A stretch of DNA of 64,000 bases, taken from positions 5,153-69,152 of the forward strand of contig CAMTYE010000009.1 in NCBI GenBank assembly GCA_947085935.1. The letters run 5' to 3'. Made by a program: the position numbers and the translations under genes. This document shows, one piece after another, positions 37,125 to 45,971 of this stretch (the first letter of the stretch is position 1; every line of letters begins with the position of its first letter). Origin of the DNA: an uncultured Actinomycetes bacterium (GTDB lineage: Bacteria; Actinomycetota; Coriobacteriia; Anaerosomatales; CAMTYE01). The notes beneath the pieces were generated by a model. It made no database searches. It was not told the DNA's origin and worked only from the letters and a program-made list of their open reading frames with translations.

Positions 37125-38028
37125 GCTTCACATCCCGTTCATGAAGTACCGGTTCGTGATGCTGGGCGTCTCCGCCCTCCTCGTTGTCGCCGCAGTGGCG
37201 GCGCTCTCACTTGTCGGCCTGAGGTTCGGCATCGAGTTCCAGGGCGGCACCGTGATCGACGTCGTCGATTCGGGCGACGTCACCATCGAGCAGATGCGCT
37301 CCGCCTTCGCGGAAGCCGGCGTGTCCAACGCGCAGATACAGACGACCGAGATCCAGGGCAGGTCGGGCTTCATCGTTCGCACCGAAGTCACCAGTCCCGA
37401 TGATGCGACCGAGCACGCGAACAAGGTCGCCGGTTCGACCGGGCTGTCCGCTGAGCTCTTCCAGGTGACCACGATCGGCCCCGGGTGGGGCAAGAACGTC
37501 ACCAACCGTGCGATGCTGGCTCTCATATTCTCGATCGCCGCGATCCTGCTCTACGTGTCACTGCGGTTCGACTACAAGATGTCGCTCACGGCCGTGGTCG
37601 CCCTACTGCACGACATCACGCTCACGCTCGGCATCTATGTACTGGTCGGGCGCGAGCTGACCCCGAACACGATCGCCGCTCTCCTGACGATCCTGGGGTA
37701 CTCGCTGTACGACACTATCGTCGTGTTCCATCGCATCAAGGAGAACTCGGCCAGCCTGAGCAAGCGCAGCTTCATGCAGATGGCCAACGACTCGATCAAC
37801 GAGGTCATCGTTCGCTCGATGAACACGAGTATCACATCGCTCATACCGGTCGTCGCCATGCTGTTCTTCGGTGGAGAGACGCTCAAGGACTTCGCCTTCG
37901 CGCTCACGGCCGGGCTCCTGGTCGGGGTGTACTCCTCGATCGGCGTCGCTTCCCCGCTGTACGCCATGTGGAAGGAGCGCGAGCCGCGCTTCCAGGCTCT
38001 CAAGAAGAGGTTCGCCGAGGCATCCTAG
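37117..38028 (+). CDS. secF: Protein translocase subunit SecF
   Basis: GIEFQGGT and LLHDITLTLGIYVL...LTILGYSLYDTIVVFHRIKEN. The start is ambiguous: GTG at 37108, GTG at 37117 or ATG at 37141. It overlaps the secD end. Confidence 0.9.
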   Translation: MSKLHIPFMKYRFVMLGVSALLVVAAVAALSLVGLRFGIEFQGGTVIDVVDSGDVTIEQMRSAFAEAGVSNAQIQTTEIQGRSGFIVRTEVTSPDDATEHANKVAGSTGLSAELFQVTTIGPGWGKNVTNRAMLALIFSIAAILLYVSLRFDYKMSLTAVVALLHDITLTLGIYVLVGRELTPNTIAALLTILGYSLYDTIVVFHRIKENSASLSKRSFMQMANDSINEVIVRSMNTSITSLIPVVAMLFFGGETLKDFAFALTAGLLVGVYSSIGVASPLYAMWKEREPRFQALKKRFAEAS

Positions 38029-38054
38029 TCCGGCGTTCCATGCGAACCGCTCAC

Positions 38055-38082
38055 GGGGGCCGGCACGTCTGTGTCGGCCCCC
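38055..38082 (+). terminator. Strong hairpin after secF
   Basis: GGGGGCCGGCAC-GTCT-GTGTCGGCCCCC, a 12-bp stem including one G-T pair. No U-tract. It directly abuts the TGcTAGGAT element upstream of recJ. Confidence 0.5.
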
Positions 38083-38099
38083 GCTGCTAGGATTGGTGT

Positions 38100-41000
38100 A
38101 TGACCGATATGGAATCCAGCGCCACGAAGACCCGGGTCCCGCGGTGGTCTCTCGCGCCCGTCGACGACGTTCAGGCCGCTGCTCTTGCCTCGGCCACAGG
38201 GCTTTCGCTTGTCGTCGCCCGGATCCTGTGCTCGAGGGGCGTATGTGACGAGCACGAGGCGACGCGCTTTCTGAGACCCGAGCTTGATCTCGAGTGGTCG
38301 AACCCCTCGCTGATACCGGGAATGGACGAGGCCGCCGCGCGGGTCGCTCAGGCGGTGCGTGACCACGAGCGGATACTCGTGTTCGGCGACTTCGATCTCG
38401 ACGGGATATCCTCAGCGGCGCTCGCTACCAGGGGTCTGAGGGCTCTGGGAGCCGATGTCTCGGCGATCGTGCCGAACCGGTTCGGCGAGGGATACGGCCT
38501 CAGCGACGCCGCGATTCGGCGCGCCCTCACGCTCCGACCACAGCTGCTGATCACCGTCGACTGCGGTGTCTCGAGTGCGGTCGAGGTCGAAGCGCTGCGA
38601 GCCGCCGGCGTCGATGTCGTCGTCACCGATCATCACGAGCCGGGCTCGCTCGTTCCGCGTGGGGTGCCGGTTGCGAACCCGAAGCTGGATGAAGGATGCG
38701 GATCGTGCGATCTCGCCGGCGCGGGCGTGGCGCTCAAGTTGATGCACGCTGTGGGCGACCGGGTCGGGCAGCCGGAGCTGTGGCGCGACCTCGTCGACCT
38801 GGCCATGCTCGGGACCGTCGCCGATATCGTTCCGTTGCGCGGCCAGAACCGTGCCCTTGTGGCAGCAGGCCTCGCGAGATCGCGTTCCAGCCCCCGTATC
38901 GGAATCGCGGCGCTTGCGTCGGTGGCCGGATCCGATATCGGCCAGATGAACTCGGACACCGTCGCGTTCGCGCTGGCACCCCGTCTCAATGCGGCGGGCC
39001 GTATGGCGGATCCCGCCGTCGCACTCGAGCTGCTGCTTACCGATGATCCGGGCCGTGCCGAGGAGTTGGCGCTCGGGCTGGATGAACAGAATCGCATTCG
39101 CCAGTCCGTCGAGCAGGACCTGAGCGAGGCGGCACTCGCTCTTGCGGAGCGAACCTACCGTCCGGGTGAACGCGCGCTCGTGCTCGCGGGCGAGGGCTGG
39201 CACGCAGGGGTCAAGGGCATCGTCGCCTCAAGGCTCACCGCGCTCTATGGCGTTCCGGCGGTGTTGTTCGCCATCGAAGACGGTGAAGCCGTCGGGTCGG
39301 GGCGGTCGGTCGGCGACGTCGATCTGCACGCGGCGGTAAGCGCGCTCTCGGACATGCTCACGCGTTACGGGGGACACGAAGCCGCTGTCGGAGTCACGCT
39401 TCCCGCTTCAGACGTGAACCTGTTCCGGACGCGCCTGCTCGATGAGCTCGATCGACTGCCCGCCGAGGCGTTCGTGTCTCGTCGCATGTGTGACGCGGAG
39501 ATCGAGCTGGAACATGTGAGCGTCGAGTTGGCGGCCGAACTCTCTGCGCTCGAGCCGTTCGGGCACGAGAACCCGCGGCCCCTGCTCTGCTCGCGCGCGG
39601 TCTTCATGAACGCCCGGCAGCGCGTCGGCAGAACCGCGAACCACCTGCGCTTCACCGCGTATGACGGCGTCGCGACCGTGCCGGCGATCGCGTTTCGTTG
39701 TCGGGACATCGAGCGCTTGGCCGAGTGCGATGCGGCGGTCGATCTCGCGTATGAGATCGTGGCCGACGAATGGCGCGGTCGTCGGAGGGTCCAGCTGCAG
39801 GTGCGCGAGTTCGACGAACGGGTCTCTTCGGCGCCGTATGCCCCGGCAGCCGAGCTGGTCGAGGATCTCTTCGCCCACGCCGATGAGATCCTGGCGCGCG
39901 AGGAGTACACCGGAATAGGCGAGGCGGAGTCGTTTCACACCAAACTCGCAGGTGTCACGTTCGAAGGCCGCCAGGAGGTGGTCGCCGCACTGACTCCGGG
40001 GCTTCCGCTGCGGCTCGACCGACAGCCGGAGAACCCTCATGACGCGAACGCGATCGCGCTCTTCGACCCGTATGGCCACCAGGTCGGCTTCTTCAACCGG
40101 CGTCTCGCCGCCGTGCTCGCCCCGGTTCTTGATTCCGGCGTGGAATACGACGTCGAGGTCGCCGATGTCACCGGTGGTGACGCGGGCAGGTCGCTCGGGT
40201 TGAACGTGCGGGTCGCGCGGCGGTCGGATACCGACGAGGAGTTGGTCGAGGAGTCACGCGCGCAGCGAAGGAGCGAACTGGCGGAGCTCCCCGCAGGGGA
40301 GCTTGGTGTGCAGCTCGCCACGTCGTTCATCGGCGATCGGCAGCTTCATGACGCACAGGTCCGCGCGTTGGAGGCGTTGGCCGCGGGGCGTCGCACGATG
40401 TGTGTCATGGCGACCGGGCGCGGCAAGTCGCTCATCTTTCACCTGCACGCGGCCCGGACAGCCATCCGGAGCAGGAAGGCCTCGGTGTTCGTGTTTCCGC
40501 TCCGGGCACTCGTGGCCGACCAGGCGTTCCATCTTGAGGAGGTGTACGCGGGAATCGGTCTGAACGCGTGCACCTTGACGGGCGAATCCGCGCCGACCCG
40601 GCGGGATGATGTGTTCGGGGCCCTGTCCGATGGCTCCCTGGATGTCGTGCTGACGACTCCCGAGTTCTTCGAGCATCATGCCGGCCGTTTTGCAGCCACC
40701 GGCCGCGTCGGCTTCGTCGTGGTGGACGAGGCGCATCATGTTGGAACCGCCCGCTCCGGTCACAGGCCGGCATACAGCCGGCTCGGGTCCGCGATCGACA
40801 TGCTGGGCTCACCCGACGTGCTGGCGGTCTCGGCGACCGTCGATCGGGACGTCGGCGAGGTGATACGCGGCACGCTCGGGATCACCGAGGTCATCGAGGA
40901 TCCGACAGTTCGAGAGAACCTCATCATCGAGGATCGCCGGGGGGTCTCGGGCAAGGACGACATCCTCTGCGCGCTCGCAGCGCGAGATGAGAAGGTGGTC

Positions 41001-41750
41001 GTCTATGTGAACTCGCGAGAGCAGTCGGTTCAGCTTGCGCGGATGCTCCGCAAACGGGTGCCCGCAGTTGCGCTCAGGACGGCCTTCTACAACGGCGGTC
41101 TCGGCAAGGCGGCTCGTCACGCGGTCGAGCGTGCGTTCCGAGTGGGGGATATCACCGTCATCATCGCGACCAGCGCGTTTGGCGAGGGAGTCAACATACC
41201 CGACATCCGCCACGTCGTCCTCTACCACCTTCCCTTCAACGACATCGAGTTCAACCAGATGAGCGGGCGCGCCGGACGCGATGGCGCGCCGTCCAGGATC
41301 CACCTTCTGTTCGGTCCGCGAGACGGGCGTGTCAACGAGATGGTGCTCGCCGCCGCTGCCCCTTCCCGCGACGACATGGCGGCCGTCTACGCGGTCCTCG
41401 CCAAAGAGCAGGCTGCGACCGACGGAGCCTTTGAGCTCACCAATGCCGAGATCGCCGATCGCGCGAGAACGGCTCGCAAGGGGTGTAGCGTCAATGAGCG
41501 CGGCGTGTCCACCGCTATCTCGGTCTTCCGGGAGCTCGACCTCGTGCACGGAGAAGGCTATGGTGCCTTCCGCAGGTTGACGGTCGCTGCCAGACCACAG
41601 GTCAAGGTCGAGCTGTCGGACTCGGTTCGATATGCCGAGGGCATCCTCGAGAAAGCGGAATTCGACGAGTTCCGCGAATGGGTCCTGTCTGCGACATCAG
41701 ACGAGTTGCTGGCGCGCTTCAATCGACCTATCCTTCCATCAACGCCCTGA
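38100..41750 (+). CDS. recJ: Single-ORF fusion of RecJ ssDNA exonuclease, a HIRAN domain and a RecQ-like SF2 helicase
   Basis: The N-terminal part of about 600 aa has DHH/DHHA1 motifs (ILVFGDFDLDGISS, ITVDCG, VVVTDHHEP, GGHEAAVG). HIRAN is at about 39933-40215 (KLAGVTFEGRQ...RLDRQPENPHDANAIALFDPYGHQVGFF). The helicase is at about 40340-41300 (MATGRGKSLIF, VVVDEAHHV, VSATV, QMSGRAGRDG). The frame is continuous with no stop. Confidence 0.9.
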   Translation: MTDMESSATKTRVPRWSLAPVDDVQAAALASATGLSLVVARILCSRGVCDEHEATRFLRPELDLEWSNPSLIPGMDEAAARVAQAVRDHERILVFGDFDLDGISSAALATRGLRALGADVSAIVPNRFGEGYGLSDAAIRRALTLRPQLLITVDCGVSSAVEVEALRAAGVDVVVTDHHEPGSLVPRGVPVANPKLDEGCGSCDLAGAGVALKLMHAVGDRVGQPELWRDLVDLAMLGTVADIVPLRGQNRALVAAGLARSRSSPRIGIAALASVAGSDIGQMNSDTVAFALAPRLNAAGRMADPAVALELLLTDDPGRAEELALGLDEQNRIRQSVEQDLSEAALALAERTYRPGERALVLAGEGWHAGVKGIVASRLTALYGVPAVLFAIEDGEAVGSGRSVGDVDLHAAVSALSDMLTRYGGHEAAVGVTLPASDVNLFRTRLLDELDRLPAEAFVSRRMCDAEIELEHVSVELAAELSALEPFGHENPRPLLCSRAVFMNARQRVGRTANHLRFTAYDGVATVPAIAFRCRDIERLAECDAAVDLAYEIVADEWRGRRRVQLQVREFDERVSSAPYAPAAELVEDLFAHADEILAREEYTGIGEAESFHTKLAGVTFEGRQEVVAALTPGLPLRLDRQPENPHDANAIALFDPYGHQVGFFNRRLAAVLAPVLDSGVEYDVEVADVTGGDAGRSLGLNVRVARRSDTDEELVEESRAQRRSELAELPAGELGVQLATSFIGDRQLHDAQVRALEALAAGRRTMCVMATGRGKSLIFHLHAARTAIRSRKASVFVFPLRALVADQAFHLEEVYAGIGLNACTLTGESAPTRRDDVFGALSDGSLDVVLTTPEFFEHHAGRFAATGRVGFVVVDEAHHVGTARSGHRPAYSRLGSAIDMLGSPDVLAVSATVDRDVGEVIRGTLGITEVIEDPTVRENLIIEDRRGVSGKDDILCALAARDEKVVVYVNSREQSVQLARMLRKRVPAVALRTAFYNGGLGKAARHAVERAFRVGDITVIIATSAFGEGVNIPDIRHVVLYHLPFNDIEFNQMSGRAGRDGAPSRIHLLFGPRDGRVNEMVLAAAAPSRDDMAAVYAVLAKEQAATDGAFELTNAEIADRARTARKGCSVNERGVSTAISVFRELDLVHGEGYGAFRRLTVAARPQVKVELSDSVRYAEGILEKAEFDEFREWVLSATSDELLARFNRPILPSTP

Positions 41751-41765
41751 GCAGGGAAGAGATAC

Positions 41766-43982
41766 GTGGTCGCCTCCATCAAGAACATCGAAGCTCGTAT
41801 CCTGGAGTACAACCCCGGTGCGGACCTGACAGGTCTCGAGGAAGCCTACGAGTTCGCTCGGGGCGCCCACGAGGGTCAGGATCGCAAGTCAGGAGAGCCG
41901 TTCCTCGCCCATCCCGTCGAGGTCTGTCTCATTCTCGCCCAGCTTCATATGGACACTGCCACTCTGCAGGCTGCGCTTCTGCACGACGTCGTCGAGGACA
42001 GCGCCGTGCCACTCGCCCAGATCCGCGAGCGGTTCGGTGACGAGGTCGCAGACCTCGTCGACGGCGTCACCAAACTCGGCAAGATCAAGTTCGCGAGTCT
42101 CGAGGAGACGCAGAGCCAGAACCTGCGCAAGATGCTCATGGCGATGGCGAAGGACATCCGCGTCATTCTCATCAAGCTCGCGGACCGCCTGCACAACATG
42201 CGCACCCTCGCTGCGCTGCCGCCGGAGCGAAGGCGCGACAAGGCCGTCGAGACGATGGAGATCTACGCTCCGCTCGCGCACCGCCTCGGTATGTCCAGCA
42301 TCAAGTGGGAACTCGAGGACCTCGCGTTCTACTACCTTGAACCCAAGAAGTTCCACCAGGTGCAGAAGATGGTGGCGGAAAGCAGAGAAGCCCGGGAGCG
42401 TTACCTGCGGCAGGTGATCGATCAGCTGCAGTCCGAGCTGGGTGCTCTTGGGATCACGGCGGATATCGGAGGCAGACCGAAGCACCTCTACAGCATCTAC
42501 CAGAAGATGTCGCGCAAGGGGAAGGACTTCAACGAGATCTACGACCTGATCGCGCTGCGCGTGATCGTCGATTCGGTGAAGGACGTCTACGGCGCCCTCG
42601 GCACCGTGCACTCGATCTGGAAGCCGATGCCCGGCCGCTTCAAAGACTACGTGGCGATGCCCAAGTTCAACATGTACCAGTCGCTCCACACCACTGTCAT
42701 CGGCCCGGCCGGCCGACCGCTCGAGATACAGATCCGCACCGAGGAGATGCACCGAACAGCCGAGTACGGTATCGCCGCCCACTGGCGCTACAAGGAGGGG
42801 GCGCGCGGTGACGAGTCGTTCGACGAGCGCCTCGCCTGGCTGCGCCAGATGCTCGAGTGGCAGACGGAGCTCAAGGATCCCCGTGAGTTCATGGAGGCCC
42901 TCAAGATCGACCTGTTTGAAGACGAGGTGTTCGTCTTCACGCCCAAGGGCGATGTCATGTCGCTCCGGCGCGGGTCGACACCCATCGATTTCGCATACGC
43001 CATCCACACAGAGGTGGGCCATCGTTGTGTTGGAGCCAAGGTGAACGGCGCGATCGTGTCCCTGGGCTACGAGCTGCAGATGGGCGACCGCATCGACATC
43101 CTCACGAACAAGAGCTCCAAGCCCAGCCGCGACTGGCTCAACATCGTCAAGACGAGCAGCGCCCGCTCCAAGATCCGGAACTACTTCTCGAAGGCGAACC
43201 GCGAGGACGACCTGCATCACGGCCGTGAGGAACTCGGCAAGGTCATGCGCAAACACGGGCTCGGGCTCTCCTCGAACGCGTCACAGAAGGCGCTCGACGC
43301 TGTGGCGTCCGAGATGAACTTCCAGACCGCCGAGGACCTGCTCGCACATATCGGTGCCGGCAAAGCCAGCGCCAAGCAGATCGCCGGCAAGCTGCTCAAG
43401 CACATGTCGGTCGAGGAACCGAAGCCTGCCGAGGAGCCGACGCTTCACGAGCTGCTGCCAACGCAGTCGATGCGAGCGCCTCGTTCCCGCCGTAAGCGTG
43501 CCGGCGGGGGAGTGTGCGTCAAGGGCATAGACGATGTGCTCGTGCGTCTCGCCCGGTGCTGCACGCCCGTGCCGGGGGACGACATCGTGGGATTCGTGAC
43601 GCGCGGTCGCGGGGTCTCGGTCCACCGCTCGGACTGCCCGAACGCCGGGGAGCTTCTCAGCCAGCCTGAACGGCTGATCGACGTGGAGTGGGATCGCGGA
43701 CAGGACTCGACCTACCAGGTCGAGATCGTGATCGAGGCAGTCGACCGCATGCGACTCCTGCAGGAGGTCACTTCCACCCTTGCCGAGGCCGGAGTGAACG
43801 TGTTGTCCGCGTCGGTCGCCACCTCCAAGGAGGGTATCTCGACCATGAGATTCCTCTTCGAACTCGGCAACATGGATCAGCTCAACTCGCTCCTGCGCGA
43901 GGTCAGGACCATCGACGGTGTCTTCGACGCGGAGCGCATGCTGCCCGGCGAGGCGGCCGCGCGCAAGAAGGGTCGCTCGTGA
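41766..43982 (+). CDS. relA: Bifunctional (p)ppGpp synthetase/hydrolase
   Basis: HD domain (HPVEV...LLHDVVEDS), synthetase domain (DLIALRVIV...YQSLHTTV), then TGS and C-terminal ACT regions. Confidence 0.95.
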   Translation: MVASIKNIEARILEYNPGADLTGLEEAYEFARGAHEGQDRKSGEPFLAHPVEVCLILAQLHMDTATLQAALLHDVVEDSAVPLAQIRERFGDEVADLVDGVTKLGKIKFASLEETQSQNLRKMLMAMAKDIRVILIKLADRLHNMRTLAALPPERRRDKAVETMEIYAPLAHRLGMSSIKWELEDLAFYYLEPKKFHQVQKMVAESREARERYLRQVIDQLQSELGALGITADIGGRPKHLYSIYQKMSRKGKDFNEIYDLIALRVIVDSVKDVYGALGTVHSIWKPMPGRFKDYVAMPKFNMYQSLHTTVIGPAGRPLEIQIRTEEMHRTAEYGIAAHWRYKEGARGDESFDERLAWLRQMLEWQTELKDPREFMEALKIDLFEDEVFVFTPKGDVMSLRRGSTPIDFAYAIHTEVGHRCVGAKVNGAIVSLGYELQMGDRIDILTNKSSKPSRDWLNIVKTSSARSKIRNYFSKANREDDLHHGREELGKVMRKHGLGLSSNASQKALDAVASEMNFQTAEDLLAHIGAGKASAKQIAGKLLKHMSVEEPKPAEEPTLHELLPTQSMRAPRSRRKRAGGGVCVKGIDDVLVRLARCCTPVPGDDIVGFVTRGRGVSVHRSDCPNAGELLSQPERLIDVEWDRGQDSTYQVEIVIEAVDRMRLLQEVTSTLAEAGVNVLSASVATSKEGISTMRFLFELGNMDQLNSLLREVRTIDGVFDAERMLPGEAAARKKGRS

Positions 43983-44599
43983 TCATCGAACACATGGTTC
44001 TCGGACCTCTCGAGACGAACTGCTTCCTCGTTTCCGACGGAGCCGGCGGTCCGGTCATGGTCATCGATCCGGCCGACGAGGCGCCGGCTATCGTCGCTGC
44101 GCTCGCCGGTCGCGAGGTCGCGGCCGTCATTCTGACGCACTGCCATTTCGATCACCTGGCTGCCGCCGGCGAACTCATCCGGGAGACGGGTGCGCCGCTG
44201 CTCGTGCACGAGGATGATGCGGAATGGGTCACGACGCCGGAGGGTACAGGCGGATCGTTGTTCGGATTCGATGCGGTCGCGCCGTGTCCCGATCGCCTGC
44301 TTGCCGACGGCGACACCGTCGGTGCAGGCGGTGTCGAGCTTGTGGTGCTGTCCACGCCGGGACACACGCCGGGATCCATCTCGCTGCTGGGTGGGGGTCA
44401 TCTGTTCGCCGGGGATACGGTCTTCGCCGGGAGTGTCGGGCGCACGGACTTCCCGCGCGGTGACGCCCGGGAGTTGTCCCGCTCGATCGCGGCGCGTATC
44501 GCGCCGTTGCCCGATGACGTGATCGTGCATCCCGGCCATGGACCGGATACGGCGATCGGACGCGAGCGGCGGATCAACCCGTTCTTTCCCCGCACCTGA
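43979..44599 (+). CDS. MBL-fold metallo-hydrolase
   Basis: GTG overlaps the relA stop (GTGA). Signatures LTHCHFDH, TPGHTPGS and HPGHG. Confidence 0.85.
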   Translation: MIIEHMVLGPLETNCFLVSDGAGGPVMVIDPADEAPAIVAALAGREVAAVILTHCHFDHLAAAGELIRETGAPLLVHEDDAEWVTTPEGTGGSLFGFDAVAPCPDRLLADGDTVGAGGVELVVLSTPGHTPGSISLLGGGHLFAGDTVFAGSVGRTDFPRGDARELSRSIAARIAPLPDDVIVHPGHGPDTAIGRERRINPFFPRT

Positions 44600-44684
44600 G
44601 CGCCGCCTGCGGCGTGGCACCTGCGCTCTGCATCCGATACACTCGGTAGCCGCGACCATCAGCTGAGAGAGGCCCCGTACGCGC

Positions 44685-45956
44685 ATGAACGCACGAGCCC
44701 CCAAAGGTACCGCCGACATGCTGCCCGATGTGGCCCGCGCCTGGGAGTACCTCACCCGGGTCGCCCAGGAGCTGTTCGCGCGCTACGGCTACGAGCCCAT
44801 CTATACCCCGCTGTTCGAGCACACGGACGTGTTCGCTCGCGGTATCGGCGAGGCCACCGATATCGTCTCAAAGGAGATGTACACCTTCGAGGATCGCGGG
44901 GGCCGCAGTATCACGCTGCGCCCCGAGGGGACGGCGAGTGTCGTCCGCGCCGCCCTCGAACACTCGCTCGCGACTCAGGGTGCGGTGACGAAGCTCTACT
45001 ACTCCGGTCCGATGTTCCGATACGAGCGTCCTCAGAAGGGGCGGATGCGCCAGTTCTGGCAGATCGGCCTTGAGTGCCTCGGCGCAGCCGAGCCATCCGT
45101 CGATGCCGAGGTCATCGTGGTGCTCTGGCGCTTCTTTGAGGCGGCGGGCATCCCCGCGGACAACATGCGCCTGCTGCTCAACTCGATGGGCGACGAGAAC
45201 TGCCGCCCGGCGTACCGCGATACGGTCGCAGGGTTCATCAGGGATCATTCCTCGGAGCTGTGCGAGGAATGCAACCGGCGCGCCGAGACCAACCCCTTGC
45301 GCGCGTTCGACTGCAAGAACCCCGGCTGTTCAGAGATCATGGCCCACGCGCCACTTCTTCGTGACGAGCTATGCGATGAATGCGCATCTCACTACGCTCA
45401 GGTCAAGGCCGCGCTCGCGGAACTCGGGATCCCGTTCATCGAGGAGCCCAGACTGGTGCGCGGGCTCGACTATTACACCCGCACGGTGTTCGAGGTGCAA
45501 GCGGATGCCGGCCTTGGTTCGCAGAACGCCATCGGCGGGGGCGGGAGGTACGATCGCCTGATGCAGGAGTACGATGGCCCTCCGACGCCGGGTCTCGGCT
45601 TCGCGCTCGGCTTCGAGCGTACCCTGCTCGCGATGCAAGCGGCCGACGTCCGGGTGCCGGCGCCGGCCCGTGCAGAGGTCTACGTCGCGCGTGTGGTGCC
45701 CGAGGTCGCCGGCCAGGCCTTCGCGCTCACCCAGGCCCTCCGTGACGCCGGCATCGCTACGGAGATGGACCACCAGGGTCGTTCGCTCAAGTCACAGTTC
45801 AAGCAGGCGGATCGGCTCGGTGCCCGCGTCGTGGCACTCCTCGGACCGGACGAACTGGCGGTCGGCGAGGCCACTCTACGAAACATGGGCACGAAAGAAG
45901 AGAAGCGCGTCGCGCTCGGGTCCGTCGTGGACGCCGTGCGCGAGGCAATCGGCTAG
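44685..45956 (+). CDS. hisS: Histidine--tRNA ligase
   Basis: PKGTADMLP, MYTFEDRGGRSITLRPEGTASVVRA, FRYERPQKGRMRQFWQ and GGGGRYD. Confidence 0.95.
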   Translation: MNARAPKGTADMLPDVARAWEYLTRVAQELFARYGYEPIYTPLFEHTDVFARGIGEATDIVSKEMYTFEDRGGRSITLRPEGTASVVRAALEHSLATQGAVTKLYYSGPMFRYERPQKGRMRQFWQIGLECLGAAEPSVDAEVIVVLWRFFEAAGIPADNMRLLLNSMGDENCRPAYRDTVAGFIRDHSSELCEECNRRAETNPLRAFDCKNPGCSEIMAHAPLLRDELCDECASHYAQVKAALAELGIPFIEEPRLVRGLDYYTRTVFEVQADAGLGSQNAIGGGGRYDRLMQEYDGPPTPGLGFALGFERTLLAMQAADVRVPAPARAEVYVARVVPEVAGQAFALTQALRDAGIATEMDHQGRSLKSQFKQADRLGARVVALLGPDELAVGEATLRNMGTKEEKRVALGSVVDAVREAIG

Positions 45957-45971
45957 GGAAGGCGCTATCAC

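Noticed and set aside
44600-44684. Possible T-box leader upstream of hisS
   Set aside because: Only about 85 nt are available, far shorter than a T-box. I saw no specifier loop or T-box sequence (AAUUAGGGUGGNACCGCG type).
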